A program made the translations under genes and the position numbers. The notes under the pieces were generated by a model that saw only the letters and a program-made list of their open reading frames with translations, had not been told where the DNA came from and ran no database searches. Below, piece by piece: positions 51,716 through 64,000 of a stretch of 64,000 nucleotides of DNA. Source of the DNA: Octopus sinensis (Eukaryota); NCBI RefSeq assembly GCF_006345805.1, contig NC_042998.1:135718001-135782000 (forward strand), in the 5' to 3' direction. Positions within the stretch are counted from its first letter, which is position 1. Each line of letters begins with the position of its first letter.

Positions 51716-52249
51716 TGCCATTGTAATTTGGAAAAGGAGGCATGTTTTAGTTGAATTTTGTTTGAATAAAAGCGTGTTTTCATTTCCTAATGATTTCCTT
51801 GAAACGGTTTTATCTGATGCCAAAAGACCTTTCATTGTCTTTAGTAACTATCTAAGAATGATCACTGGGAGATGATAGTTCTGTTCTCCATTTACATGTA
51901 ACATTGCATTTCCTGGCAAATCTTTTAACCATATTATATTTCTGGCTTCTGGACAAACATGGCATGGAGACAGACAATGCAGAATGGATTCTGTCTGACA
52001 CTGCTTTTGGTTACCATTCTGGTAATGACCTTAACAGATGGTAGACTTAAAGAACCAGAGATAGATAAAAGGTTTTGAAAAACCTGTAACATGGGGGAAG
52101 AGTGAGGAAGCAATAGTCTGAAAAACAAATGAAATCCGGTGAAGAGAGAGAGTCAAAGCAGAGCTGACAATATTTTTCAGAGGTCTCATATTTAACTTTC
52201 TGATATATATCATCATCATCATCATCATCATCGTTATATATATATATAT

Positions 52250-53020
52250 CTAAGGGCCTTAGAGTTAATTCAGCAAAAGCCAAAGACCTACTAAGGAGTA
52301 AAACAGACAAATCATAAGTCCCTTGATGGAGGTGGCCCTGTCCGATATGTAAGAAGAGTGTTGGTAGAAACTCCGTACAATGTACCCAGTGCAAGCTTTG
52401 GACACACAAGAGATGCACAATATCAAAGGAAGGTTAACAGAGAGAATAGTCTTTGAGAGTGGAAAATGTGTGGGTATAATAAGCACTAAAAATGGACATG
52501 CAGACTCCCTCAAATGCTTAGAGGGATCATTAGAAGTAGTAAATAGCTTTTGTTACCTAGATGACCAAGTTAGCAGTGGAGGAGGAGGTTCTGAAAGTAT
52601 AGTTACTAGAATAAGAATGGGCTGGGCAAAGTTCAGACAGCTTCTACCTTTGTTAGTTACTAAAGATCTCTCCCTAAGAGTGAAAGGCAGCTTGTATGAT
52701 GCATGTGCATGTATAGCTATCATACATGGCAGTGACATGGGCTTTGGCTACAAAGAACATGTAAAGGTTTGAAAGAAATGAAGCTAGATGGATGAGAAAT
52801 GTCTGTGCACACATGACAGAGAGCAAATGATTTAAGAGGAAAACTGGGTATAAGAGGCATCAAATGTGTGCAAGAGCAAAGATTGTGCTGGTTTGGTCAT
52901 GTGATGCATATGGATGAGGACAGCTGTATAAAGAAATGCCGGGCTCTAATTGTGGAAGGAACCTGTGGAAGGGTTCCAAGAAGACATGGGATGAAGTGTG
53001 AGAAAGGATCTTAGATGCTG
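52250..53020 (+). mobile_element. Decayed 3' part of the same RTE family
   Basis: KGLRVN, WPCPICKKSVGRNSVQCTQC, FCYLDD, RIRMGWAKFRQLLPLL, and a WFGHVMHMDED-like end in shifted frames. Confidence 0.85.
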
Positions 53021-54258
53021 AAAAGATGAAAGGCAAAGTCAACCTCAGAAGAATTTGAACTCAAAATAGGTAGAAAAAATGCTGCATGGCAGTTTTTCCA
53101 AAATTCTAACAATTGTGCCAGCTTGATGCCCTAGTACAACTAATAATAATTGATATTTATTTATTTGAATTTAGTCAGATTTTTATTCTCAACGCTCAAA
53201 AGATTTTTACATATTAAACAGGCTATGATATATCATGGGAAGGAATTTCATAATTGTCTGACAAAAATTAACTGAAAATAGATCTGAAATCAAACTAAAT
53301 TTTTTATGAAGAAACAACTTGCATCTGCACATCAGAAAATAGTAATAAACCTCTCAGAAATGTATTGCATTAAATATTTCGGAAAAGTTGACATCATGCA
53401 GTGAACAAGTCAGTGGGATGGTAGTAATGGTGGAAACTGCCGTTGCTGCTGCTGATGATAGTGATGGCAACAACAATACTGATGTCACTACTACCACTGA
53501 TGATGATGATGATGATGATAATGACAATGTATATGATGTTGAAAAGTTGATGATGATGAGAATTCAGTTGATGATGATGATAATGACGACGATGATGATG
53601 GTGATGATTTTACTACTGATAATAGTGAAGCTGATAAAGCATATAATTCATTCATTGATAGGATTTTCTCATAGGACCACCAAACTACTTCATTTCCAAT
53701 CAGTTTGGAAGTTTGCCACATTATTGCACACTTTCCCGCTTTTCTTTCTTTCTCTCTCTCTCTCTCTGTACCAGAACACAAGCACACTGCCAATAGTGAA
53801 ATATGAACCCACAACTCTTTATCTGACATTTCAACAATTAATTAATCATCTCAGCCCACCCACTTCCCACCAAATCATTGAAACTCCAGAATAGTGTAAA
53901 GTATATAACTAGAAATATACAAGATTTGGAATACATGACAATTAAGAATGAAGAGATTTTTGGCTGTACGATGCCACTTGTGGAGATGTCCAAGGACATA
54001 TTCCTGGCTCTAGCTTACTGGAAAGTGATTAAAGCTTGTATTTAGAAGAAGTAAGAAACATGATTCTGATCATGTAATAGTTGTTAGTAGTTAATCAGGA
54101 AATCATGCCAAGACTTGTCAAGTCAAGAGTGACACAGTGAGGAAGAAGTTGATGTAAAAGAGGATTAAATAGCTGTGTTTGTACTGATCTTTGTTCATTC
54201 TTTATAAAGATTAAGTTTGAAGAATTGCTGTTTTCACAATGGGTTCAGGAATAATAAC

Positions 54259-54308
<50 letters not shown>

Positions 54309-54313
54309 TAATA

Positions 54314-54912
54314 ATTCTTTTTACTATAGGCACAAGGCCTGAAATTGGGGGAGGAGGACAGTTGATTACATCGACCCCAGTAGTTCATTGGTACTTAATT
54401 TATAACCCTGAAAGGATGAAGGGCGAAGTCAACCTCAGCGGAATTTAAACTCAGAACATAGAGACAGATGAAATGCTGCTAAGCATTTTGCCTGGCATGC
54501 TAATGATTCTGACAGCTCGCTGCCTTAATAATAATCCTTTTTACTGTAGGTACAAGGCCTGAAATTGGGGAGGGGGGGTTAAGTTGATTACATCAACCCC
54601 AGTACTTAACTGGTACTTATTTTATAGACCTCGAAAGGTAGAGTCAACCTCAGCAGAATTTGAACTCAGAACGTAGTAACAAGTGAAGTACCACTAAGCA
54701 TTTCGTCCAGCATGCTAACGATTCTGCCAGCTCACTGCTTAATAATAATAATAATAATATAATAATAATAATAATAATAATACTACTAATAATAATCCTT
54801 TCTACTAAAGGCAAAAGGCCTGAAATTTGGTGGGAAGGGACCAGTCGATTACATTGACTCCAGTGTTTCACTGGTACTTAATTTATTGACTTCAAAAGGA
54901 TGAAAGGTAAAT
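54314..54912 (-). repeat. Three head-to-tail family A SINEs separated by (AAT)n
   Basis: Copies ~54314-54525, 54536-54740 and 54794-54912 (5' truncated). Confidence 0.85.
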
Positions 54913-56477
54913 CTTAATAATAATACAACACATTACACACTCAACACACAATACAAACAGTAAATACAACAAAAGGCTGCACCACATCCCAAAAGAAAAA
55001 AAAAAGTGATGCAATACAATACTGGAAAGAGTTTGCACACTCCCAACAACAGAAAAGAATACACAATGCTGCAGACACCCCAGCAACATGGAGGTGTAGC
55101 AGGTGCTGCAGTAGAAATTTCTCTGAAACTACCAAATGTTCAACAACAACAATAATTTTGATAAAATGGAATTTATGTGGCCATGGTAAGTTATACACAA
55201 TAGTTCTACAAGTTATCAACACATTTGTGATACTAATCATTGCCAGCATGGAAGGTAGCTGTTAAACGATGATGATGAATCAATATTTACTTATCTCATG
55301 TTAGTGTGATAAACAGAATCAATTATAAATGATGGTGAAGATGATATGATGAAGAAAGGGACCTTTATGTGAGTCACTGATAAAATGCCTATGTGAATCA
55401 ATGAAGGAGCTTATATGTGGTTGCACAACCTGCAGCTTGAAAGAAAGAAAACGAAAAAAAGAAAATTTGACTAAAGATGGGTCTTCTCATGGTAGGTATT
55501 TACAAGTAGATACATTGAAGGAATGAAAAATTGGCCCTAAATGCAACAATGAAAGCAACGGAAATGAGACAAAAACCCATGACCTTCCAACTAGTAAGTC
55601 ACATGTTAACTTGATCACACAGATGTATTTTCTTTTACTATTTTATATCTACTTTCCCACGTCTGCATGGGTGGCATAATTTTATTACACGTTGTTGCTC
55701 TTCTTACTGTTAATCATTCAACCATGAAGAGGGTAACTGTCCTTTTGTATCAGTCAGACAAACTGGAACAAAGAAGAATAAAACAGAAAGACTTCCACTG
55801 AAGTACTCTACAATAGCTGTAGTAACATAGCTTGGATTTAGATAGTTATTATGCACGAAGACTTGTAAACAACTATGCTTCATTTATAAGGTCAAGATAA
55901 GAGCAAAACCTGTATAGTGTTGTCCCCACCATCTACCCATAGTTGGTAAAATAGTTGAAAATAGTAATAGTCATTGATCAATATTATTTCTAATTAGCTT
56001 TTTAATGTATCCTAATTTATATGTGTTAACAATATCAGTTAACATTGATGTGGGTAGAAAATATAAATTCAATCAAAGATCCAGAATAGTGTCTGATTTA
56101 AGCACAAGGGCAGCAATTTTTTTTTTTTTACAAGAAGTGATCACTTGATACTATTGACATCAGTACTATATTTTATTAATGGACTCCCAAAGGATGAATG
56201 GCAAAGTTTACCTCGGCAAGATTTGGACTTAGAATGTAATGAACCAGAACAAATACTTCCAGACATTTTCCTTGATGCTCTAATGATTCTGTTACCTTGA
56301 AGATTCAGAATGTTTGATAACATTTTTTAATTGTATTACAATCATAAGATGAGAAAATGTGTTGCCAATAAATTAATTTGGTTGTGATAAACTTGATCAA
56401 CAAAAAATGGTGAAATGTCATTGAATACAGAAGAGAACACAGCACCCCATAAAGCTATGTGCAGCTGAGATCTGTGC

Positions 56478-56790
56478 TGTGTGTGCACTCATACAACTGT
56501 GTCTATATGGTATACATTCATGTGAGTCTGTATGATGTGTTCACCTACACAACTGAGTCTTGCAGTGTATGCACTAATATAAATGAATCTCTAATGCATG
56601 TACATCCATACAAGTGAATTTCTATGGCAAGTGCATCCATACAAGTGATGTTGTATGATGTGTACGAAGTGTGTGTATGTATATGTGTTTGTGTGTGTGT
56701 GTGTGTTTGAGAGAGAGAGAGAGAGAGATAGAGAGAGAGAGACAGACAGACAGACAGAGAGAGAGCATTCACACAAGTGAGTCTGTAGTA
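56478..56790. repeat. Degenerate ~30-bp minisatellite interrupted by (GT)n(GA)n
   Basis: Recurrent gtgcatccatacaagtgagtct-like unit, about 7 times. Confidence 0.6.
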
Positions 56791-59700
56791 TCTGTGCAAA
56801 CATATATCATTTTATGTTTTCTCTCACATGTGCTGCTTTTATGAAAGATAAATTTGGAAGCAAGTTAATTCTGTTTATTGTAGAAAGTCCTAAACAGATT
56901 GTAACTGTAGTTGTTGAAATATGTAACTATAATTGAAGTGTTACTACTGAACTGGTCACATTAATGGCTTGCTAAAAGCTATGACTGAAATATAGTCACT
57001 GTTGAGCTGGATGTTGTTGACAAATGCTGAAATCTTTGAGGAATGCTGAAATCTGAGTTAATGATAAAAAGCTAGTATCCAAGTTATTGTAATAAGCCAA
57101 TATCTGATGGTGGTAGAAGCCTGTCCACTATTATAGTGGATACTGTATAACCAGTCAGCTATTTGTGTTTCTGTTGCTACTACTATTAATGTGGATACAC
57201 TTATTAGCAACTAAATATACTTGTTAAAAAAAATCCTGGTGCTTAACACTGATCAGCTGTTAGAAATAGTCACTGGGAAAGAAGCTGCTGCTGCTTCTGT
57301 TGTTGCAATGAGTTACCACTGCTTTTAGTGAGTAGGTGAGTGAGAATTTATTGAAGAGCTGTAAAACATATCTATTTGTTCAAATTTACCTCTCTGGTAC
57401 ACAAATAAAGCAGACTTCTTTCCATCATGAGAAATTCATAACACATGTTCAAGAGTATTGAGTTTTATGCACATGTACACACACATACATATATACATTA
57501 CATAACTGTACATTTTATTGTGTATTTCAGTGTATTTCAGAAAAATATCTATTTTCCCAAGTTCTCAAGACAGTTATTTGCCTGTGCAAATTTAGATTTC
57601 AATAACAACATTCTTTCAGATCGACTTGTTTTTCCCAGGCATAAAATTATTCAGGTATTTCATACCTGAATACAAAAGAAGCAATAAATATATAAAAAAT
57701 TATTAATTAATTCTATTTTATTAGCTATTTACAACTCTGAAGTTAATGCAGAATAAAGCTATAAACCAAGGGTGTTGTAAAATAACATATTTCACAAGGA
57801 GCACTGCATATCAACCCTAATTAGAACACTAAATATTCAACAAATACTGAAGTGAATGTTGTATCACTTCCATGGATGTTGGTCTTAAATTCGGGTCAGT
57901 CCTGACTGAACAAACCAGTAATCAAAAACATTCCAGCCATGACCATCCCCCCATGAGACAATTAATTTGCACCTAGAAACTTCCTTTCCAAGGGACAACC
58001 TTGGGAAAGAGATGTTATGTGCAAGCTTCCTCTCTCCATACCACTAATATTGAACAAGGAAAAGGCAAGAGCTAAAAAAGATTAGTGTTATTGCAGCCAT
58101 TGCTGTCACAAGGCAAAAAGCTGAAACTAATATCACAAGGTATTTATGCTCAATATTCTAACAATTTTGCTGCAAGGACAGATACGATTAGACTCCAATG
58201 TCATTTCAGCCATTGCTAACAAAATGTAAAAAAATTTGGAACAGGTATTCTGCTAATAATCATCACCATCGTTGTCATCATCATCATCATTAGTTAATGT
58301 CCACTTTCTAATGCTTGTATGGGTCATACAGAATTTGTTGAGGCAGATTTCCAAGGGCCTTGATGCACTTCCTATCACCAAACACCAGCTGTTTCCAAAC
58401 AAGGTAATATTTTCCCTTCGAAAATGGAAACAAACAACACTGCACTTGTATGATGGTGATACTTATTTACAACTGATGCATGATGTCAAGTCAAGGGTAT
58501 GGGTACACACAACTACATACATTCATATCATAAATACACACACACACACACATACATACACACATATCCTTTTATTCTTTTACTTGCTTCAGTCATTTGA
58601 CTGTGGCCATGCTGGAGCACTGTCTTGAAAGGTTTCAGTCAAACAAATTGACCCCAGGACTTATTTTTTAAAAACTGGTACTTATTTTATCAGTCTGTTT
58701 CGCTAAACCACTAAGTAATGGGGATGTAAACATACCAACACCAGTTGTCAAGTGGTCATGGCAGGGGACAGACACAGATGCACACACATACACAGATATA
58801 TACATATATATGTTTGATGGGCTTCTTTCAGTTTCCGTCTAGCAAATCCACTCACAAGGCTTTGGTCAACCTGAAGCTATAGTAGAAGACACTTGCTCAA
58901 GGTACCATGCAGTGGGACTGAACCTGCAACATATATATTATCCCTTCTGAATCATATTCATACTCACTGTACCTTGTGTGTATGACCTGATACATCTCTA
59001 TATATATATCTCTCTTTTACTCTGTCTCTCCTTCCTCTCCTTTTCTTACTGGGGTAGCCATGTATCTCCTCTACAGTAAAACATCTATTTCTATCCCTCT
59101 ATCATACTTTAACCTCTCAACCAATACAATACCACTTCGCTCAGTACCACTCCCCCTCCCAGTTGAGGGGGTGAGCGTCTTGCAAGTTACTTGGTGACAC
59201 AGCTAGTGCCATGAAAAAGCACCAGTCCTAGTGTCACATAAAAAAGTACCCAGTACACTCTGTAAAGTGGTTGGCATTGGAATGGCATCAAGCTGTAGAA
59301 ACCATGTCAAAGTAGACAGACAATGGATCCTAGTGCAATTCTCTGGCTTGCCAGCTCCTGTAAAACCATTCAACTCATTCCAACATAGAAAACGGACATA
59401 TATACACGGACATATATACACACAATGGGCTTATTTCAATTTCCATCTGCTAAATCCATTCACAAGGCTTTGGTCAGCCTAGGCCTGAAGTAAAAAACAA
59501 ACACCTGTCCAAGGTGTCACACCATGGGATTGAACCTGAGATCATGTACTTGTGAAGCAAGCTTCTTAACTAAACAACCATTTCTGCACTGGACTGTTAT
59601 TTTTATTTATCGACCATAAAAAGAGAAAAAACAAAAGTTGATCTTAGCAGGACGTGAAAAGCCTCAAGTATCACACATCAATTTAGCCAATGCTCTAACA

Positions 59701-61000
59701 ACTGTGCCAGTTTGCTGTCCTATGTAATAAGAACTACCTTATCTAAAATTTCCTTTCTTTTCCAAGATGGTATGGATTAATGAGGGAAATTTAGCTTTTA
59801 TTTCTAGCAGGTTAACGAAACATCTGGCCTACAGACAAGTCTATTATATCACTACAATGGCCTCTGCTCCTCACAACTACCCTGTTGCATACAAATTCCA
59901 GCCAGGTCTATCCATCCCACTAGTCTCTTCTCTTTCATCACCCATTCTGTGTTTTGATTCTCAGTCCTTATATACTTGGTTCAAATTTCCACCCATTTGT
60001 TCCAATATGTCAATGTTCTAGAACCTTCCTCTAGTTAACATGTTTCCTTTAGATAGTTGCAGGCATAACTATGTAGTAAGAAGTTTGCTTCCCAACTACA
60101 TGGTTTCAGGTTCAAACCTATTCAGTGGCAACGTGGACAAGTGTCTTCTACTAATATCTACTAATATCCCCAGGTAGACCAAAACCTTGTGAAAGGATTT
60201 GGTAGATGGGAAGTGAAAGAAGCCTGTCGTATGTGTGTGTGTATTACTGTCTCCTTGCCATGACATTGGGTAATAGTTGTAAGTATCATCATCATGCAAG
60301 CAGCATCCTTTCTTCGCAATCGTCTGGGAAAACATGTCTGGCTGTAGAGGTAAATATTATCTTGCTTGAAAACAAAGGAAGGTTAGTGACAGGAAAGTCA
60401 TCCAGGCTAGAAAATCCATCTCTGCAAATTCCATTCAACCCATGCAAGCATGGAAGCTTGGATGCTAAATTGATGATGATGATGGCTATGATGTCTTCTT
60501 ACAGATGTTCAGACTGAACATCATCCACTTTACGATTCTCGACAGTCTCAGAGAAGCTGAGAAGGTCATTGGTGCTGCCCCTTCCTCCTGACTACACTAT
60601 TAAAGACAAAAGAAATTATTAAAAAGTTTACCAATCTAAAGATGGAATTTATAAAATGTCAGTCAGATAACAAAGATATTTATGGTTCATTATTTATTGG
60701 CATTTTTCTTTATGTGTGTGAGTGTGTGTTTATATTTTCATTTTAAAGAATAAAAAGAATTATTGACATTGAGTATAGTTTGTTTTTTCATATTTGTTCC
60801 ATTCATTGGACTGTAGTCATGCTGGAGCACCCCACTTGAAGGGTTTTAGTTGAACAGATCAATCTTAGTACTTATTTTGCAAGTCTGGTACTTATTCTAT
60901 CGTTCCCTGTTGCTAAACTATTAAGTTACAGAGACACTAACAGACCAACACTGGTTATCAAGTGGAGGGGATGGAGGACAACTACAGACACACATATGTA

Positions 61001-62021
61001 TTGGGTCAGCCTATAAATAATGCAGTTTTTTTATACTTCTTTGTTTATCAAAATTAAGATAAACGACTTTCATTTTTAATCTAAAATATACTCTCCTTCA
61101 TTTTCTACAATGCTCTACCATCTATCTGGTAGACATGCAAAGCCCCTCTTCCAAAATTCACTTGTCCGTAACAAAAAATACTCCTCCAGTACTGTTCTGA
61201 CCTCGTCTACAAAATTCATATTTCTTCCATTCAAATGATTTTGAAGACTGCAGAATAAATTTTAATCAGATGGGGCAGTGTCTGGCAAATATGGTGAGTA
61301 GGGCATTGTTTCCCATTCAAACTGCTCCAGCTTTTGGAATGTCACCCTCGTTGTATGAGGCCAAGCATTATCCTGATGGAAAAACACTTTTCGTTTTGAA
61401 ACCAAAGATGGTCATCTTTCTTTTAGTGCTGACATAAGCTGCTTGCAGTAGATCTCCTTTGTTATTGTTTGGTATGGGTTTAAAAGTTCAAAGTGGACTA
61501 AACCTCGGAAAGTTTGTGAGGAACCCATTGACCCAATTTGCTGACTTTTCCAATAGCACATAGGTGTCGATGAATGGTTGAATGACCAAATTCAAGCCTC
61601 TCTGCTAGTTCTTCAACAGTGATGATGGGATTTTGTTCCATGAAGGTTTGTAGGTCCTCCTCGTTGAGCTCTATAGATCTTCCAGGACAAGGCTTGTGTT
61701 CAAGGCAGTAGTTTCGGGAACCACCATCAATACTGACTTATGCTTATTGTCTGATCCCCATATACTGCATTAATATTCCTCTCACTTTCCATTGCATTGT
61801 TGCCTTTATTGAACTCATAAAGCAAAATATGCTCCTTTGTCACTTCCATTATAGCTTTTGTTAAAATCAAACAAAACTCTTGAAAACTTGCCCTAAGAAT
61901 AAGGACAAGATAAAATTGCTACCAGCTTTTATAGCAAGTTGATGCAGGTAGTTTATCCTGTCCCCCTCCAACTTTTAGTTCATGTGATTGAAAAAACCAC
62001 ATTATTTATGGGATCACCCAA
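61001..62021 (-). mobile_element. Mariner (Mos1-like) transposon, both TIRs and TA TSD present, transposase decayed and internally deleted
   Basis: TA at 60999-61000 and 62022-23. TIRs TTGGGTCAGCCTATAAATAATGCAGTTTTTT vs TTGGGTGATCCCATAAATAATGTGGTTTTTT (26/31 identical). Motifs LLYEFNKG, WVPHKL, FHQDNAWPH, YSPYLPDTAPSD, EGEYILD. Confidence 0.93.
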
Positions 62022-62583
62022 TATACACACAACAGGCTTACACGCAGTTTTCATCAATCAAATTCACTCATAAGGTGTGGTAGCCTTGTGAGTGAATTCA
62101 CCCAGAGGGTGGGACTAAACCTGAAACTACATGGTTCCAAAGCAAGCTTCTCAGCAACATGACCATTCATTAGTTGATGAATAGATGATGACACCAATGT
62201 TTTACAGTTGAACAATCTACTGTAAATGTTATGCATTTATACCTAAGTGCAAGTTAGTATATAGAAGTGTAATACAACAAACACATGAACCCTAAGTCAA
62301 TACTTGCACAAAGCATTAAAAACATAACATATTTGATTGCAGTCTAGTATGCAAACCATTGAATGACATGATATTACTTTTATGCATGAGCAGGGAAATA
62401 ATATAAGGCAAATGAAATAAAAGCCATGTAACTATGTAGGGTGTATGCATCACTGGTTCAGTGAAGAGGAAAGTTATTATACTTGGTCTAGAAACAAGCT
62501 CTTTCATTGTTGTCGAACTCCAGATCAGCTTTAATACAGCAGGCTGCAAAATCAAAAGCATTCCAACTTTCTAGTCACAATCA

Positions 62584-62617
<34 letters not shown>

Positions 62618-62619
62618 TG

Positions 62620-63666
62620 AAAGCAGTGAGCTAGCAGAATTGTTAGCATGCCAGGCAAAATGCTTAGCAGCATTTCATCCATCTTTATGTTTTGAGTTCA
62701 AATTCCAGAGATTGACTTAGCCTTTCATCCTTTTGGGGTCAATAAAATAGTACCAGTTGAACACTAGGGTTGTTTAATCAACTAAGCTTCTTCCTTGAAC
62801 TTACTGACTTTGTGCCACTATTTGAAACCACTATTATTATTAAGTCAGTAAGCTGGCAGAATCATTAGCAAGCCAAGCAAAATGCTTAATGGTATTTCAT
62901 CTGTCTTCACGTTTTGAATTCAAATTCTGCCAAGGTCGACTTTGCCTCTCATCCATTCAGGGTTGACGAAATAAGTACCAGTAGAACATTAGTGTCAATG
63001 TAATCAACTTACTCACTCCTCTGAAATTGCTGATCTTGTGCCAAAATTTAAAGCCATTATTATTTATTAAGGTGGTGAGCTGGCAGAATTGTTAGCACAC
63101 CTGTCAAAATGATTAGAACCATTTCATACATCTTCGTGTTCTGAGTTTAGACTCTGCTGAAGTTGACTTTGCCTTTCGTATTTTAAGGATCAATAAAATA
63201 AGTACCAGTTAATCAACTTACCCCTACACTGAAGTCGCTGGCCTTGTGCCAAAATTTGAAATTATTATTATTATTAAGGCTGCAAGCTGGCAGGAACGTT
63301 AGTACACTGAGTAAAATGCTAAGTAGTATTTCACCCATCTTTGAGTTCTGCACTCAAACTTTGCCTTTCATCCTTTTGGGAATGAAGTACTGGGGTCAAT
63401 GTAATTGACTAGATCCCTCCCACAAAATTTTAAGCCTTGTTCCTATAACAGAAAGGACTATTATTATTTATTATGAAAGTGCTGGTAGAATCATTTAAAC
63501 ATATTTCTTCTGCATCTTTACATTCTGGGTCACAATTTCTCCATAGACAACTTTGCCTTTCATCTTTTTGAGACTAATAATATAAGTACCAGTTGACCAC
63601 TGGAGTCAATGTAATCGACCAGCTCCCTGCCTTAAAACTTCAGGCTTTGCGCCTAATGTAGAAAGA
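62620..63666 (+). repeat. Five head-to-tail family A SINEs separated by (ATT)n
   Basis: Copies start ~62620, 62842, 63069, 63276 and 63476. Confidence 0.9.
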
Positions 63667-63689
63667 ATAATTAATTTATTATTGTTTTT

Positions 63690-63965
63690 CTGTAATGACC
63701 AGAGGGTATGATCGCGAATACACGTGACCAAAATGAGGCTCTCTCTCTAAGGTTCTCTGGGTTAACATTATGTAACCGGATGCATAACTTGGAGATTAGG
63801 GAGTCTCTTCAGGTTGAGCCACTACTTCTCTGCATTAAGGAGTTACAGCTCCATTACTTTGGATATGTGGTTAGAATACTGCAGAAAATTACTGAAAGAT
63901 AGATTCATCAAGCTGAGCCAACCAACAGGAGACCTAAAAATAGACTGAGAATGAGGAACTCGGAT
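63690..63965 (+). mobile_element. RTE-clade LINE 3' fragment (same type as 560-935)
   Basis: LRFSGLTLCNRMHNLEIRESLQVEPLLLCIKELQLHYFGYVVRI...RRPKNRLRMR. Confidence 0.75.
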
Positions 63966-64000
63966 AATATCCATCATCTCAATTGGCTACACTTTGGAAT

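Noticed and set aside
53388-53894. 168-aa acidic/Met-rich ORF
   Set aside because: Built on a degenerate (GAT)n tract and a (CT)n run, with no domain-like content.

Overview
AT-rich, microsatellite-dense animal genomic DNA. The SINE families, RTE/RLE LINEs and repeat style point to an octopus (coleoid cephalopod); this is inferred from repeat content, not from a database match. One protein-coding gene can be assembled on the minus strand from four phase-0 exons with canonical GT-AG sites (32781-32677, 32495-30186, 13752-13651, 11538-11245; about 936 aa if the ATG at 32781 is the start). It encodes a long S/T/Q-rich disordered region, an atypical PDZ domain split by a 16.4-kb intron, a short coiled coil and a C-terminal -EFVV PDZ-binding-like motif. 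A further upstream exon must exist but was not securely found. The rest is repeat-derived: piggyBac transposase relics and TTAA-flanked MITEs, a TIR-complete but decayed mariner, RTE, Dong/R4-like and HERO/NeSL-like LINE fragments, several tRNA-headed SINE families, foldback/hairpin elements and microsatellites. Most short ORFs in the track are spurious. The most notable signals are a minimal hammerhead-ribozyme-like motif with a variant core (45428-45463), a recurring Dong-like LINE plus 540-bp non-coding element pairing inside (AAT)n tracts, head-to-tail SINE arrays in (ATT)n tracts, and an exon pair that would give a stop-free circular ORF if back-spliced. Repeat boundaries are by eye and approximate unless TSDs are given.
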